From Ascidiella aspersa (lineage: Eukaryota): DNA of 64,000 bases. The position numbers were made by a program, and so were the translations under genes. A model generated the notes under the pieces. The model searched no databases, had not been told where the DNA came from, and saw only the letters and a program-made list of their open reading frames with translations. The stretch lies in the NCBI GenBank assembly GCA_963924565.1, contig OZ004610.1:14012001-14076000 (forward strand), written 5' to 3'. Shown piece by piece: positions 23,501 through 38,500 of the stretch. Within the stretch, counting starts at the first letter, position 1. Each line of letters starts with the position of its first letter.

Positions 23501-26500
23501 TAAACAAAACTTTAAAACAAGCTTTTGTAGAATTGTGAAAATAGTCTAGGCTATTTATTGTCTTGTGTTAAAATATGGGTATGTGTAGAAAGTGAGAAAG
23601 ATGAAGTTGTTGATATGTGCCAGCAAGAAGGATTGCATGAATTGATTGGTAGTACATTCAGTGAACAAGTGGGTATATAAGCGTAAAACTAATATATTTT
23701 ACATTTTAAATTCATTATCACATTTTTTATACTATAGTGTGCATGTTATGCTAAAGAGTTTTTTTATATATAATGTGGTGGAAAAACTGTACTTTTTTTG
23801 TTGATCAAGATGGCATATTTGCTTGTTGTCCGTGCTACTCTCATGGACAAGGTTGAAGTAATGCAAGATCAGCTTCATGAATCTAACCTTCACAGTTCAA
23901 AGCTGTCTGATCAACTTAATGTAAGTATCTTGCCAAAACACCCCTTTATTTCTATCTTAAATACTACTCACTAAAGATTTTTTAATGAGTCTTAGAACCT
24001 GTTAGCTATTTACTAGAATAAGTAGATCAGAAAGCATAAGTAGATCAGAAAGCGTGTGTCAAGTGGGTAACATATTTTGTTTCCCATGTATAAACTTTAA
24101 TTAATTTAAAACAGAATAATATATATAGTTCTGTAACATGACTTTCACATTCAACAGTGTTGTTTAAATTAAAAAAAAGTAACAATGGGTATCTTTTTTC
24201 AATTTCATTTAATTAAAAATATTTGGGTAAAAAAGATACTAAAACAATTTTTGTTTATGCCCTACTAACAACAGGAATTTTAAGTATGTTATTTTAAAAC
24301 AAAAAAGTAATTCTTCTCTTTTAGTTATATCGATTTACCAATATGTAAATTTAAAATGTTTATTTTATTAAATATGGAATTAGAGTATTTTTTTGCTTTG
24401 ATCTGGAATGGTATATTGTTAAAATAGTTGTTTATCTTTTTTGACACGATTTATATACTGTATTCATGCAAACAATTTGTCTAAAATGTTGTCAGAAACT
24501 CATGCTAATTAGTAAGACAGAATTATGTGGAGGGAAAAGTTTTAAACTGTCACTCTGAGTTTACTTGGCATACTACTTGTCAAACAAATAAGCCAAGCTA
24601 ACTGTTAAAAAAAAATTATTGAAAAAAACAATTATCAGGAAGCTCAATGCAACAAATTTGCCATCTAGCTGTGAATTTACTTTTAAACACCTAGATAAAA
24701 TTTACAAGTTGTGTAGCAAATTTGGCTCGAATTGCGCTGTTCGCAAAAATAAGTAGGACCAATGTTGTTTGAATGTTGTAACTATCACAATTACCTAAAT
24801 CCTTTTCAGAGTTTAGTGTCCGAAGACAGTGAGCTCCGTCACCGAATGACCAGCGCAATGTCCGAGATGGGAGGCATGGCTTCGAAACTCACTGAGGCTC
24901 TCAAAGAAAGGGACCAACTAAATCAGCAGGTATGTACTTTTAACAAAAATTTAAACGAAAAAAACTGTTAAACGTTTATGTACAAAATGCAGGACGTGGT
25001 AAACCCAACAAAATAAAACGCAATTGTATCACGATTACTGTAAAGAAAACACCGGGTTCTTCGGAAAGGCTTCATCGAGCCAGTTGACCTAATCAGGATC
25101 ATACTACATTAAAATAATAAACATCAGTCAGCCCGTTCCTAGCAACTAACCTAAGTAGTTGGTATAAAAATGTTCAAATATAGGGATTTTTACGATTTCT
25201 TTGAATCTTTAATTGCCTTTCCTCGCCCTTGAATTGATTTGTATATTGAAAAGTCGTTGATGAGCTTTATGATTTTGCAAAAGTCTTTGCATTTATTTCA
25301 GTCTTTCTTTTTTATCTGGCCTTAACAGTCTTTCCTTTTTATCTCGCGTAATCTTCCTATTTTATCTGGCCTTAACACCACTTCTGACTTGGGAAGTTTC
25401 GCAACTCGGCGCCGTTTTTATTCAAAAGGTCGTCGATCTCACGAACGCCTTGAACGGAATCAAGGGCCTCCCGTGCGTGGCCGAGGCCAAGGCCGAAACG
25501 GCCACCCACGTGCAGGATATTGAGAGGCTGCAGCGGAGGCACGACCTCGAAACAGAGCGACTGCGCGGCGAGATTCTGAGCGCCCAGGAACAGGAGCAAA
25601 GCGGAAGGCTGGAGCTCACCACGCACATCGAAGGTGGGTTGCTTGACTCTGGCCGCGCTTCTTAATTGCGCGTGTATATGATGAGCACATTAGCATTTTT
25701 GACTCTTGCGAACATTGTACAAAAAACAAAATAGTTAAATTATATAAAAAGTCGCCTTCCAGATATATATTTTTTATAAAGGTGTCCTTTTAGTAGTTAT
25801 TTTTGTAAGAAACTTTTCTCACCTGTGATTCCAAAAAAATGCACCTTAAGTTTTTACCGTAGCCAAACAATAAAGCTGCCCATTTAAATCAAGAGAACAA
25901 TGTTAAATCTACAATGACGCTTGCGCAAACTCAGAGTTTTTTACATTCCAAATCATTTTTGAACGCTGGATGAAGTTGCCATAAAACTTCCAACCTGTCC
26001 ATTCAACCCTATGTCTCTTTCCGTTCCGTATATATTGACGATGCTTCGATTTGGGCAGAATTGCAAGAGATGAACCGAAACCTCAAGGAAGTGAACCTGA
26101 AGTTAAACGACCAGCTGAGTTCCCACTTATCGGCCGAAGTCCATAATCATGAAACGACTGACCATGGCCACGACAGGACTAAGGTGGTTTCTCACTCCAA
26201 GAGGATCATCGACGAAATGCAGTAAGTCAATTTATATGTCTTTTTTGAATGGGCCTGGATTTGTGCTTCTTTACGAAGTATTGCGAATACAACTGGAACT
26301 GAGACACAAAAGGAAATAAATTTAAATTTTCTATGTTTTTTAAACCAATTTCAAAATACTATTTTTTTTAAAACTAGAACGTCAACAAACTGCATAATTT
26401 AATTCAGTTTCAAATTCATTTTATTAGAGTCAAAGGGAAAAAAACTAACTATTTTGCTCTAAATCGTCGTAGTGGCCAACCAAGGGTCACCTGTTATGAT

Positions 26501-29500
26501 GTCATAAGCAAGATACGGCTTGATTTATGTTCAGAAATAAACTTTAGGTAATAAAATATTGCTAAGTTTACCAGCATTACCCCATAATATTGGTTCGCCT
26601 TTATGAAGGCACACCTAAATCAGTAGTTTTGATGATCGCATACACGTCTTAGGCATTTCTGCCTTTCAGTCTAAAAGCCGTCATCAAAAAACGCACATTG
26701 GCTCATCGGTTTATGGATATTTGTTAACCGAATTTTCCTTGTGAAAATGGGTGCTTAAATTATTTTTCCAACACTGATTTGCTTCGATTAGGTAGCTGTA
26801 CCTATTAACTTCTATATGTAATTTTAAGTGACTGCTGAATGGTCGAACTGCAAATTGGGTGTAGCCAGATTTGTTGTTGTTTTCTATGAAATAGAAGGAA
26901 ATTGACCTTTCTATTTCACATGGACATGGTAATTTCATAGTAAACTGAAATTGATACGTGTATTGTACGTAGTTTGTCATATATTGTACAGTATTTGGTA
27001 TTCTGAGTTTTACCACTGCATATATGAAACGTAATGCAAGTATAAAACAACATATTCACCAAAATTTACCGCAATATTAATGTACGTTTTATTGTAAATC
27101 ACTTAAATGGGTGTCGCATGTAATTTTATCTAAATTAGTCCCAGTTTTTTTCTACGCTATATTTAGATCAAGACATCGATTAGTTATAATTGTGGGATGT
27201 TCTTTTTTCCTAACGCCGTGTAACCCTTCACGCACGATGTACAGGCTTAAAAGGGTTTACACATTTCTACGCTACATTAGGTCTAAGGTTTATTATTCAC
27301 TTATCGTGACGCCACAAAACGAAAACTTATATAGCTTTGGCGCTGAAGGGATTTCGGCATTTGCATACAATAAAGACTTTGTTGACATCAAGCCAGAAGT
27401 CGCTTTGGCCCGTGAGCTTGCACCTTTACCGAATTAGGGCCGAATGTAAAATTGCAGCTTTTTAGTTGTCCCCAGTCGAGTGTAATCCACCTGGCGCGTC
27501 ACGCAGATTAGGTGGAAGCGTTTAAGGCGAATGGGGTGATGTACTTCATGTGTTTTTAAAGGTTGGTCGCTTGATTTCTTAAGATTTCGTTCGTTTGTTG
27601 ATGGGTCACGAACATCGCCGCGAAGAGCCCAACCGCAAAAAACCTTTTAGGCGCACGACGTATCTTTTGCATTATATGTGTTCGGCTTGTTTAATAAAAG
27701 TCATACTACTTCCAAATATGTCGACTTCCTTAAACTTGTCGGCGTTACGAAGCGTCTACTTTTTAAAGCACTTGATTCAGTGAGCATTTAAAGTAAATTT
27801 CCTTACGCCTGTATTATTAAACCCCTACACCAGTGCTTCACAACTTTTCAGCCAGAAGCAAATACTAAAATACGTGGCACGCCATAAAACACGAAATTAT
27901 AACTTGACATCATACTTAGGACGCTACTCAGAAAACAAATCCATTAATATCAGCTATCTAATGGTAGCATGCATTGAACGTTGCTTTTTTACAGTAGGAT
28001 ATTAATTTGTTTCGTGTTATTTAGCCTTGCGTTTATCACTTAACTGTCTCTTAAGGGAAGCCCTTGCTGACGACGAGGCAAAGGCAGCGGAGCGTGAAGC
28101 GCGTCACCGAGACGAATTGCAAAGCCTGCGGAGCAGAATCCAGCAGCTGGAAAACAAGCAGGTAAGACCTTGTCAAATAAACTAATTTTACTGCGTTTCA
28201 TTCCGCCACTTTTCATTAAGTTTTCCTGCATAACGGCCGCACGTGCGTAAAGCTAATCCCATGTTAATGGCATAAGGCCGCATTGCTTTTTTGTCTAAAG
28301 AAAGGTAATATGATGCAATAGGTGGTGAACATTAGAAGGCAAACCGCTGCTAAGTTCCATCCGTATTTTAAAACTTGTGTTTAATCAAGGATTCTTAACG
28401 AAAAATTACCTTAAATGGGTCGAACTCTTATCACCGGGTTACTGAGTTTGTTTATAATTTGCATTGCGAATTGTGCTTTTCATCAGCGAACATTTAAATT
28501 TTTAACTTTTACTTCGTTTAATTTAAAGCATTTCTTTTTTTTGGATTACCCTGTATGACGATTTGCAGCTTCACTGCGCTGCAGAGTTGTTTCTACTATG
28601 CATGGGTATTGCTGTGTATTACACTTAACCTCTCATTGGAGGTGTGCCACAAAGCGACAAATCACCAGCTGTGTTTGAGAGGACACTTGACGTCGTTCTG
28701 TCGAGCGTGGTCGAATATTGAAACTCGCTAATCTACTGTGTTTGGTTTAAACGTCAAAACCTGGTTGGTGTATAATTTTTAAAAATGGCATATCTATCAG
28801 TAAAGGTTGAAAATAAGGGTGCTCCGGTAGACAATCTAAAAAAAATAATCCTCAAAACATACTTTCTCTTACAATTTCCTTCCAACGACGTTTACGCACA
28901 TTTGGTACAACTTTTACTTTAGGTAGGTAGCTATACTTGTCAACTTCGATCTTAGCTTGGCGGTAATTTTAAGCGACTGTTTTATGGTCAAGCTGCAAAT
29001 TGGGTGTAGCCAAATAATAGAAAATTTGACCTTTCTATTGCACGTGGGCATGTAATTTCATAGTAAACTAAATAAGGTACAACTTTTACTCGCGTACGAG
29101 GAACCGATTATGAACACACTCCCTAATGTAAAAAAGACATTACCGTGGACACATGCAGGTGTGGGTGGCGTCTATTTAAAACGAAGATAAAGCGTTTGTC
29201 TTTAAACTAATTTACCGGCAACCATCAGTCTGTTGTTACAGATAGAAAAGACAAACTCCGATTGAACCGTTCACGCTCTTACTTGACAAAATGCGCCCAT
29301 GGTCGTTCACTCGTAACGCCACAGTTTTGTAAGCAAGCGGCCTGCGCCGTGTTTGGAAAAATATTGGCCTCACTCTCATCGCAGGCCAACATGTAGATCG
29401 ATCGTCTCCGCCGCTCGTCGTGCACTTTTTCAAATTTAAGGCGTCGCCGCTGCTATCAATCTTACTTGGAAATTTGTCAGTGGCGTCCTGTGTATTTGCG

Positions 29501-32500
29501 GCAATGACACGGAATCGCGTCAGTGAAACGCTGAGTAGCGACTAAGTCGGCGTGTTTTGCCTTTCGAACCTGCGCGATTGTTGTTTCAGTCCACGACAAA
29601 CGATGTTCCTTGCTGCTGTTGGCAAAAGCTGTTTTGTTTTTTCGGCGGCGACACCTGTGCGTGAAAGGACAAATTAACTTACCGACAAACACCCTTTTGA
29701 GTTTCCAAGTGGGAGATTTCACGCTGTTTTATGAGAAAAAATATGTTTGAAGGATCGTGCGATAGTTTTCGTACCATTGACTATAACAAATTTTTCAACT
29801 TGCGAACCACATTTTTATCCATTAGTTTAATAATAGCCGCCTATAAAGTGGGTTAACGTGTGATGAATTTAAGTGCAAATCTACAATAGGAAGCTGGAGT
29901 AGGCTGTTGCGAGGGCCACAACACAGATAATTTGCAAAAACATGGTCATAAATAATACGTATTAAGGAATTTTGATAAATGGCGCTCCTTATGTAACAGA
30001 CAGACACTGTTCTGATTGTGTTATTTAAATCAGTCACATCGCAACGTAATATCGCAGTCTATTATTGGGTAAGGTATAATTATTTTGTTATTTTCGCGAC
30101 TTTGGTAGACTTTATTTTAGTAGGAAAATTTACCTATTCCTCGTATAACAGCTAGAGAACCGCGTAATTTTCAGAACACGTTAACTTTTGCATTAAATCT
30201 TATATATTTGCCCTCATTATTGTTAGGTATATGTCAATGTCCACTGTGTATTAATTTTTCATGAACGTAGACAAAGGGCCTTATTTTATTTTCACCAGAA
30301 GGCTTTACTGCCAGCCGCGGTTACGTAAATGTAAGCGCAGACCGAGCAAGTGAACTGTAGCAGACAAACCCTCACTTTGTTAAGGTGAAATTCCGCACGT
30401 TCCTTTGGTATTTCCTCCAGTCACGTCTGCTTCGCTTTCGATAAATTAAACTTTGAGAGATGTAAACTTATTCGTTGTCTCAAACTAAAGGCGTCGGGAA
30501 GTGTCATTTGCTCAACGGTTTTGGCCTACCTACTGGTTGAAATACCAACGCAAAATAAGTAATGTTTTTTGCGCTGCTGCTTTTATGCAGTAGTGGCGCG
30601 TGGCCCATACAAAGCAATATCACAAACCAGGTGAAAGTTACGATAATATTTAATGTTAACTTATATATTGTGTATTATTTTTATTTTTAATTTTTCTACC
30701 AAGGTGCAATAATAAACATTTTAACAACATACGCCTAATTTTTAAGTAATCAGCAGCAGTTTAAGCTTACCGTTGGGTTTATTTGCGGAACGCAGGTCAA
30801 ACATTTTACTCTGTTGGTCGTTTTTAACAGTCTTACCAATCCTAAACTGAAGTGATATATGTCTTTATTCGTAACTAGGATCGTTTCCTTCGGACGTTGT
30901 CAGCGATAACGGCGCAGTATCAATAGAATACCGTTTAGCTGCACCAAAACTATGCAAAAATCACCTTTTTTGCAAGCAATGCATTACCATTAGCAAATAC
31001 TATAATCTGTCGAATACAATTTGCAGTGAGACCCAGGGGTGGGCAAATATTTTTGACTGGAGCCGCACAAGAAACAGAAAATGTGTTTGAGAGCCGGGAC
31101 AAAAGAAATAACTAAAAAACATAACTTGAAGTGTGACTTTTTTTAAAAGAAAGCTGTAAATACCCTTGCTTTGACAACCTAGCAAAAGTAGGTTTATGTG
31201 AGGGTGTCTTACAAGTGTAACTTATTGACTGAAATAAAAATCGTGCATAAAAAGTTCTGTTGAAAATTGGCGGCACGTCAAAATAACTTGCTTGCTTGCA
31301 GGGCCGGCCCGACCCCATCCGCGGTCTGGATCTGCCGTATAAGTCCAGGAAGTATCGCATGCGAGAAGAAAGCAAGTGACCACTATGCGTTGTACCTCTC
31401 TCCAAACCGAAACTTAACACTTTCCGGTAATCGGGTCAAAACATAATTCTTTTTGCCTTCTTTAGGTGCCCCCCGACACCAAATCTCTGGCCGAATTAGA
31501 GGCCAAGCTCGCGGAGGCCCGACGTCAGTACGAGGCACAGTGCGCCGAGGTGGACCGGCTCCAGGCCCGCTTGGCCGACAGCGAACGGGATAGCGTGCTG
31601 CGTGTCGCGGCCGGAAGCGGCTGGAAGGAGCGTCACGACGCACAACTGAAGATCGCCGCGGATTTACAGGATCGCAACGCCGTGTTGGAGAATGAGCTGA
31701 CCAAGGTATTTTCTTTTACCAATAATATGTTTTTGAACTCCGCAATTACCGACCGCTGTTCAAAGTTGGTCTATAGCTGTATCGCGGGTATTTTTACGAC
31801 CAGTGTTGAACAGGAAGAGATTATAGGTAATTAATTTTGTAGATGTTAAAGCTGGTAATTCCGTAAATATGACGAAGTTTGAGTTTGATTTTTCATTTTG
31901 TGACTTAAATGTACTTTTAAAACCAGTTTCTATAGTCTCTATAGTTATAGTTTGTAAAGCTGCGTTGGAAAGCAAAATATTTCAGTACAATTTTTAAGAT
32001 TGACCAGTGTTTATATTAAACAAATAATCTAATAACCTACAAAGTGTTATATTAAGGTAACTTAAAAACTTTGACGCATTTACACAAATGTAATTGGGGC
32101 CAGCTGAGACCGACGCTATATTCATACTTAAAAGCAAATTTCGCTGTTATTGCTTGGTCGCAGTTGCAGTAGGCGAAAGGCCACCAATTTTCTCGCGAAT
32201 AGTTCTTACAGCAGCAGTAAAGTATGCCCCTACTCGCCTGGTAATTTCGTTACCTGACTGAGCTGCTATCTATGAAATAGGCGCCTTCGCCCGAGTGTAC
32301 CTTGGGTAAGTGTTCCACGTCCAAAAAATCTTTGCGCTATGCTGCTTTGATCGCGTATCCAGTTTCGTTAAGTGAATTGGAACAATGTAATTTGTGGTTT
32401 GTGCTGTTGTTTAGTGCGGTAGCATACATATTTTGTAAACCACGTCTCTTGTTGTTTGCCACCCAGTACGATTTTGTGTCACGTTGGCCATTTTCTTTTG

Positions 32501-35500
32501 CGAAGAATTTGTCTTTCTTTTTTTAATTTAAACTAAATTCGATTTATTGATTTTTCACACAGCCATGCCCCTTAAAAAAATTTCTATCTAAAACCTTTTT
32601 TTTACGCTTCGCGCTTTGTAGTAAATCCGTTAATATCGAAGGCGCTATGTATAGCATGTTACGCCGCGTTACTAACAAAACTTGTGTATAGTTCAACTTT
32701 TAATAAATTACAGCATAAATGCCGATGTTTTTAACAAAATGCGATGCTTTTAATGTGCCTAAGATCATTTCGTTTGAATTAAAAGTTTTGCCAAATTTAA
32801 ACCCTATAAGTTTTTTCGCACTTCGCGCATTTAGCCAACATTTCAGTTCCATATTTTCTTGCGAGTTCCTTAGAGACTTCGCACGAGTTCGTTAGAGAAC
32901 ATCATGTCTTAATTATTTTATGACGTCACTTTTTGGCTTAAGTTGCTGAAGTCATTTCTGAAAAAAATTCAACTGGTGTAAAAAAAATGAACACTGTCAA
33001 TGCGGCTGTCACCAGCTGAAAGGTTATGCACCCCTTCGCTAGATGTTATGTATGTTTTTTCAAAGCGTTGCCAAACCATTCTGTTTCGCAGGTTTGGCGT
33101 CAGTTGAAGGAGGCCCTCGACAAGTTGAACGCCGCCGAGCGAGAGAAGGGAATGCTGGAGCTCAGGATAAAAGACAGCGAGGACGGGCTGGAGGCGGCCG
33201 GATTAAAACGCTCGATGAGCGATGATCGCGAAGAAGTGCAAAGACTTCGCACAAAGGTAACATGCTGCGAAATGAATGAATGTAAAAGTGTGTTACACGT
33301 AGACTTTGTTCCAATGCCATTTTATGTCCCAGTCTTAAGACGCGATTTAAACGTTTTTGCCTTCTGAATTTGTGGGGATTTTTAGGTAACTCAAGTTCAA
33401 GCGATATTTTACCCGCAATCCAATAGTCCAGTGGCTCTTAACCAGGGTTCAATCGAACCCTTGGGGTTCGACGCAGCTGTTTCAAGGGTTCAGCGAGAAC
33501 GTCCTCTGAAACATAAATGCTGTTATTTCAAGCTAAATTTGAATTTCTTTATGTGCCAAGGTGTCATGTGACAATATAAATTAAAAGTTTGGCCAATTTA
33601 ACCTATATAAATGCAAGTTTCAGCTGCTAGGAGGAAGAAACAAATACTGAGCGAAAATTTGGGGCTCGACGAACGCTTGCAAAATAACATAGGGGTTCTT
33701 CAGGTTACCAAAGTTTAAGAACCACTGCAATAGTCGAACACGGCAAATAACACATTGCAATTCGTACATGCTTCCAGCAGTGAGGACGATCAAAGCGTTC
33801 GAAAAGCTCGCACGCAATGCTAAGTTTTCACATCAAGCTTAACGAGCAGCACGTCTTATTCTATTAGTCAATATTTTTTTATAGTAAATAATCAAAAAAG
33901 AAAATTCTTAACGCCCTTTTTCTTTACGTTTTCTCTAGTCTAGAACAGTGTTTCTTAATCAGGTGAATGGTTCACCCCAGGGTGAATAAATTTTTTGCAG
34001 GGGTGAACCAACCAAAAGGGATGAATAAGGGTGAACCAACCAAAGGGGATGAATAAGGGTGAACCAACCAAAAGGGATGAATAAGGGTGAACCGTCAGAA
34101 ATGGATGATAGCTTGCGAGCAGGGCGGAAATTCCGGGTGTTTAACCTGTTCAGTGAACAAATCTAGAGATAGATGTTAGGGTTAACAAAACTTAAAAAGT
34201 TAAGAAGCACAGATCTAGAATATTACGAGGTCACTTGTCTCTTCGAGTTTAGGGGATCCGAAATCATGGTTAGTTGTTATTTGCTTCTTCATCAGCGGTT
34301 CTCAAACTTTTTCACCTAGAGATTCCTCTTGTTTGCTTGAAATAATGCCCGACCCAATATTATCTGAAAAATAAACCTAAAGATCAAGAGAATTGATTAA
34401 TTATCATTAAAACTCTTGAAAAATATGCCGGATAAACCAATTTGCCAGTCAATAAATTACAAAGTTTAAACTTCCATTTACTTTAAGAACCACAGCTCTA
34501 CACTGATCCAAACCGCAAAGAGTAAACCCAAAGTCATGCCAACAAACAGTTCCGCGCAAGACATTTTGTCTTTAGCCCCCAAATGCTCAGCTTTTACCAT
34601 TTTTACACTAGCTTGCTGAGTTTGAGGAGAAGCTGATGTCTGAAACCACGGGAACATCTGGTAAGCTGGACGTGAGGCTGGCGCAACTGGAAACTGAACT
34701 TAAGTTCAGCCAGGATCAACTCGCCGGAGAGACGAGGGCCAGGTGAGAGAATTTGGGGCACAAAATATTGTTATACAGATGGAATTTTGAACGGGTTAAA
34801 GCAGGGGTTCCCAACCTTTTTTACGCCGTGGCCACCTCTGAAAATTTTGAGAAATCAATGGCCCCCGCAATTTAGTTAGAATGATAAAATAATAGGAATA
34901 CAACACAGATAACTTTCATCATACTTCCTTATTTTAGCAGGGGTAGCCAAAATATTAATATTAACAAATTTTGAGGAAAAAAAAGAAAGTAAACTCAAGA
35001 TCAAGAAGTAGCTTATTGCTGTACTGTACTAGTATTTTTTTATTAAATTTGAATTGATTTCTTTTGTCATAGTGGAGTAGACTTAGATATGATACATTAA
35101 AAAATATATTATTTTTCAATGTTTTTCATGGTCCCCTTGAAAAAGGCTGATGGCCCTCAGGCTGGGAACCCATGGGTTAAAGTCTTGAGTAAAACCATTT
35201 ACGTAATCGCTATATTAAATTCGCAGCCAAGCGTTTTCTATATATGGCAAGTCAGGGTTTAATGCAAGCCATCACTCCGATAATTAAGTCGCTTATTGTT
35301 TGCCTTCAAAAAGTTATTTCTTGATATTCCGTTTGGCATGTAATTTCAAATATGCAAGGCCCAAAATATATTCGAGGCGAATAAAGTGTGTGTTGAAGAT
35401 TCGTCCAATGTAGGTATATAAGAAACGTTTTAGCTGCCCTTATTCCAAAGGAAGAAAGTCATAGTATTAGCTTAATTAAATTAGTGGCGTGGGTGTGTTT

Positions 35501-38500
35501 TCTTATAATAAGAATAACCAATTGCCACAATTTGTTTATAATCACTTTAACCAGCGTTTGTATAAAACCATTTACTTAATTTTGACAAACAACTCATTAG
35601 TAAAAACGAAACAACACAAAAACGTTTGTATTGTGGTAAACGTCAATTTACGTTTTAGGGCATTGTTTAAAATCGCCACTAAATCGCATTTTATAATAGC
35701 TGTCGGTAATCATATAGATTAGAACAATCCCCAGTCTGTTAATAGCATGTTACATGGCGACATACTTTGCCATCCAAGATTGCACCTGTGGTGTAATGCT
35801 TTAGGTAAACAAGCGGCGCAAGCGGCGCAAGCGGCGCAAGCGGCAACTGTTTGTTCTTATTTTAGCTGATTACTGAATCCTGCGGTTTTATCCTAAAATT
35901 GCCGCTCGGGCCTGATTTTTTTGGCAGAAAATATAGGAATAACCTTTTTCGAAACGGTGACACCTTTGAATAACGTTACTGCGCTTAAATCTCGTGTTCT
36001 TCTTATAGGCTTTTTCTGTAAAAAAAGTAATGGATGCGTTTGATTTCAAATAGATTGGTTTGATTTCCTAACACACCCGTGGTCATATTTAACTTGTACG
36101 TCCTAGTATTTTCAATCCAATTAGTATCAAGCATGCATTTTAATATTACAAAAACACGTGTTGTTATGCTTTCCTCTTTTTTCATCTGTGAGCTCAGTAC
36201 CCTGATTGGTTGGTGGGTTAAGCTTTAACTGTTTTTTCCCATCATGTGGGTTGATTTTATCATTACACATCAGGTGATTTAATCTTGTAAATCAAAATGA
36301 AATTGCTGTCTGGTATTTCGGCGACTATTTCGACGTTCACAATTAAATAACAACGTGAACCTCTCTGTGACTTTAATCTGGGAAACAGCGTCACTGCGTG
36401 TCACTTCTGGTCATCCTGTTTACCGTACAAGCTTGTCAACGTTCGGTTAAGACGAATAGTCCCACACAGCAACCCTACGTGTCGTTATGTTGGCCGCTTG
36501 TCAGTGCAGGTGCATTCCATGTCGTACTCTTATAAATCTACTCGCGCAAGAATAAAGACGGGTTTCTGGTGAATAGAGGAATTGTTTGCCGCGAGCGCAA
36601 CGGTAAAACGCCGCGAAATTCCAACTAAAACCATAAGGCGGGCTCTCCGACGTTGCAAACATACTGCTTTAAAGCTACCGATCGCGCATTCATTACGTCT
36701 TTAAAATTTCGTTGTAAAGTTTTTTGCCCACAGGTGTTTTCATTTTCTCAACTTTACTTTAAGAGAATGAAAAAAATATATATTAATGTTTGTTACTTTA
36801 TTTATGTTTTCTATTATAATCTGTAGACTTTCAGAAATTGGTTAAGATCGTAACCAACAGGTGAACATGTAATGCTACATGCCCAAACTAATTTATGGCG
36901 TTTCTTTCAATTGAGTGATTGACACTTAAAAGGTTATTTATTTATTCATACGCATATAGCGCATTGTGTGGTGCACCGTAATACGCCGTTTAATTTTGGC
37001 GGCGTGCAGACACGCGTGCAATTGTCCTCGGACATGTGGCACCACGTATCTTTATTGTCGGTTTTTCTTGTATTGAAATTGTGACCTACCGAAGAACGGG
37101 GCAAACGCTCTAACCGCGCGAGTTTACTAAGGTACTCCAATGCAGCAGCCTATCGACAAGAGTGGCGCGCATCTCATTTGCGATCTGGTAAAACATAAAT
37201 AAAAAGCAGAGTCCCCCTATTCCTGCCACAGTTTTCCTGAGTGATTACCGCAAGGCCTGTGGGGTATGCTGCTTACCTGCGAGTTTACTGTTTCGGCGTA
37301 ACCGGTTTTCAGCATGGCAGAGATGTGGCGCTGGCCATAGCAAGTAAAATGCAATAGTATATTATGCAAACTTCACAAAACGCTATTTTTGTTTCCTAAA
37401 ATGTTATAATGTCCTAGACACACAATGTAATTTAAGTGTAAAAACCGTTTTGAATTACCAAAAAAGGTTTGGACAAAAATAATATTTTCGTTTTTTACTT
37501 CAATCTCTGGCGAATTTCCTCCCGGCCGTCAACATACCAATGAAACGTTAATTTCCGTGTATATAGGGATGCTGTCTATTTTCTTGCTTGTTGGTAGAAC
37601 TCCCGATCGCGTGCAGTATGGTCGAATCACGCCCAATCAAGTTCGCTACGGGTCAATGAATAGATTTCTGTTGAGATCGAAGACGGATCACTGAATTTTA
37701 GCGCGTGTGTATTTGCACAAACGCCATCCAAATAAAAGGACAATGGCATAATATACAGATGTGCATTATATGCCATTACCCTGACAAAGGTGTCTTGTAT
37801 AGGACGTCGAAACGTCGATTGATTATAATAAAACTGCTAGATGAGCAACACTCAGTTATAGAATGACATGTTTGCAACACAACGTTTTTTCCAACCGTTC
37901 TGCTCCGCACTTTACCAGGCTCGAGTTGGAGCAGCGTCTGGAGTCGGCCGACCGCGACTTGTACTGTCATAAGGGCTCTGAGGACGAACTGAGGGCCGCC
38001 ATGTCCGATCTCCAGAAGCGGGCTCTCAACGCTGAGGCTCAAGTACTGCTCATAACTGGGCAGCGGGACCAGCACCAAACCGAGGTAACGTGATTTTCTC
38101 GCTTATTAAAAACGCAAAACTGCGCGGGGTCATTCCGTTTTTTGTCGATTCGTATGAGCACATTTGGATATAATGAATGATGGTGATGTACTGTTCTTGT
38201 ACTTTGGGAACGTTCTTGTGTTTTCTGGGTTTTAAACAAGCAGTGTGAATTAGGCCTTTCAATGTTAGTGTAAAACATTTGTTGTTGTTGCAGATTCAGT
38301 CCCGTTTTTGTTTCATCTGACAAAGTATTTCCCCGCGGTAACCGTTATTTGCGAGCAATAGAGATACCACACTTATACCCAGGTTCTTACAACGTACATT
38401 TTCACATTGTGAAAACATAAAAGTTCAAACGCTATTGATAAAGTGGTCGCCCGATATATGTAATGTGGAGTTATGTGTGGCGTTTACAGCAAATGCTTGC

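Noticed and set aside
34001-34093. 28-bp repeats as a CRISPR or regulatory array
   Set aside because: It is a simple tandem amplification inside a TIR/TSD-bounded MITE.
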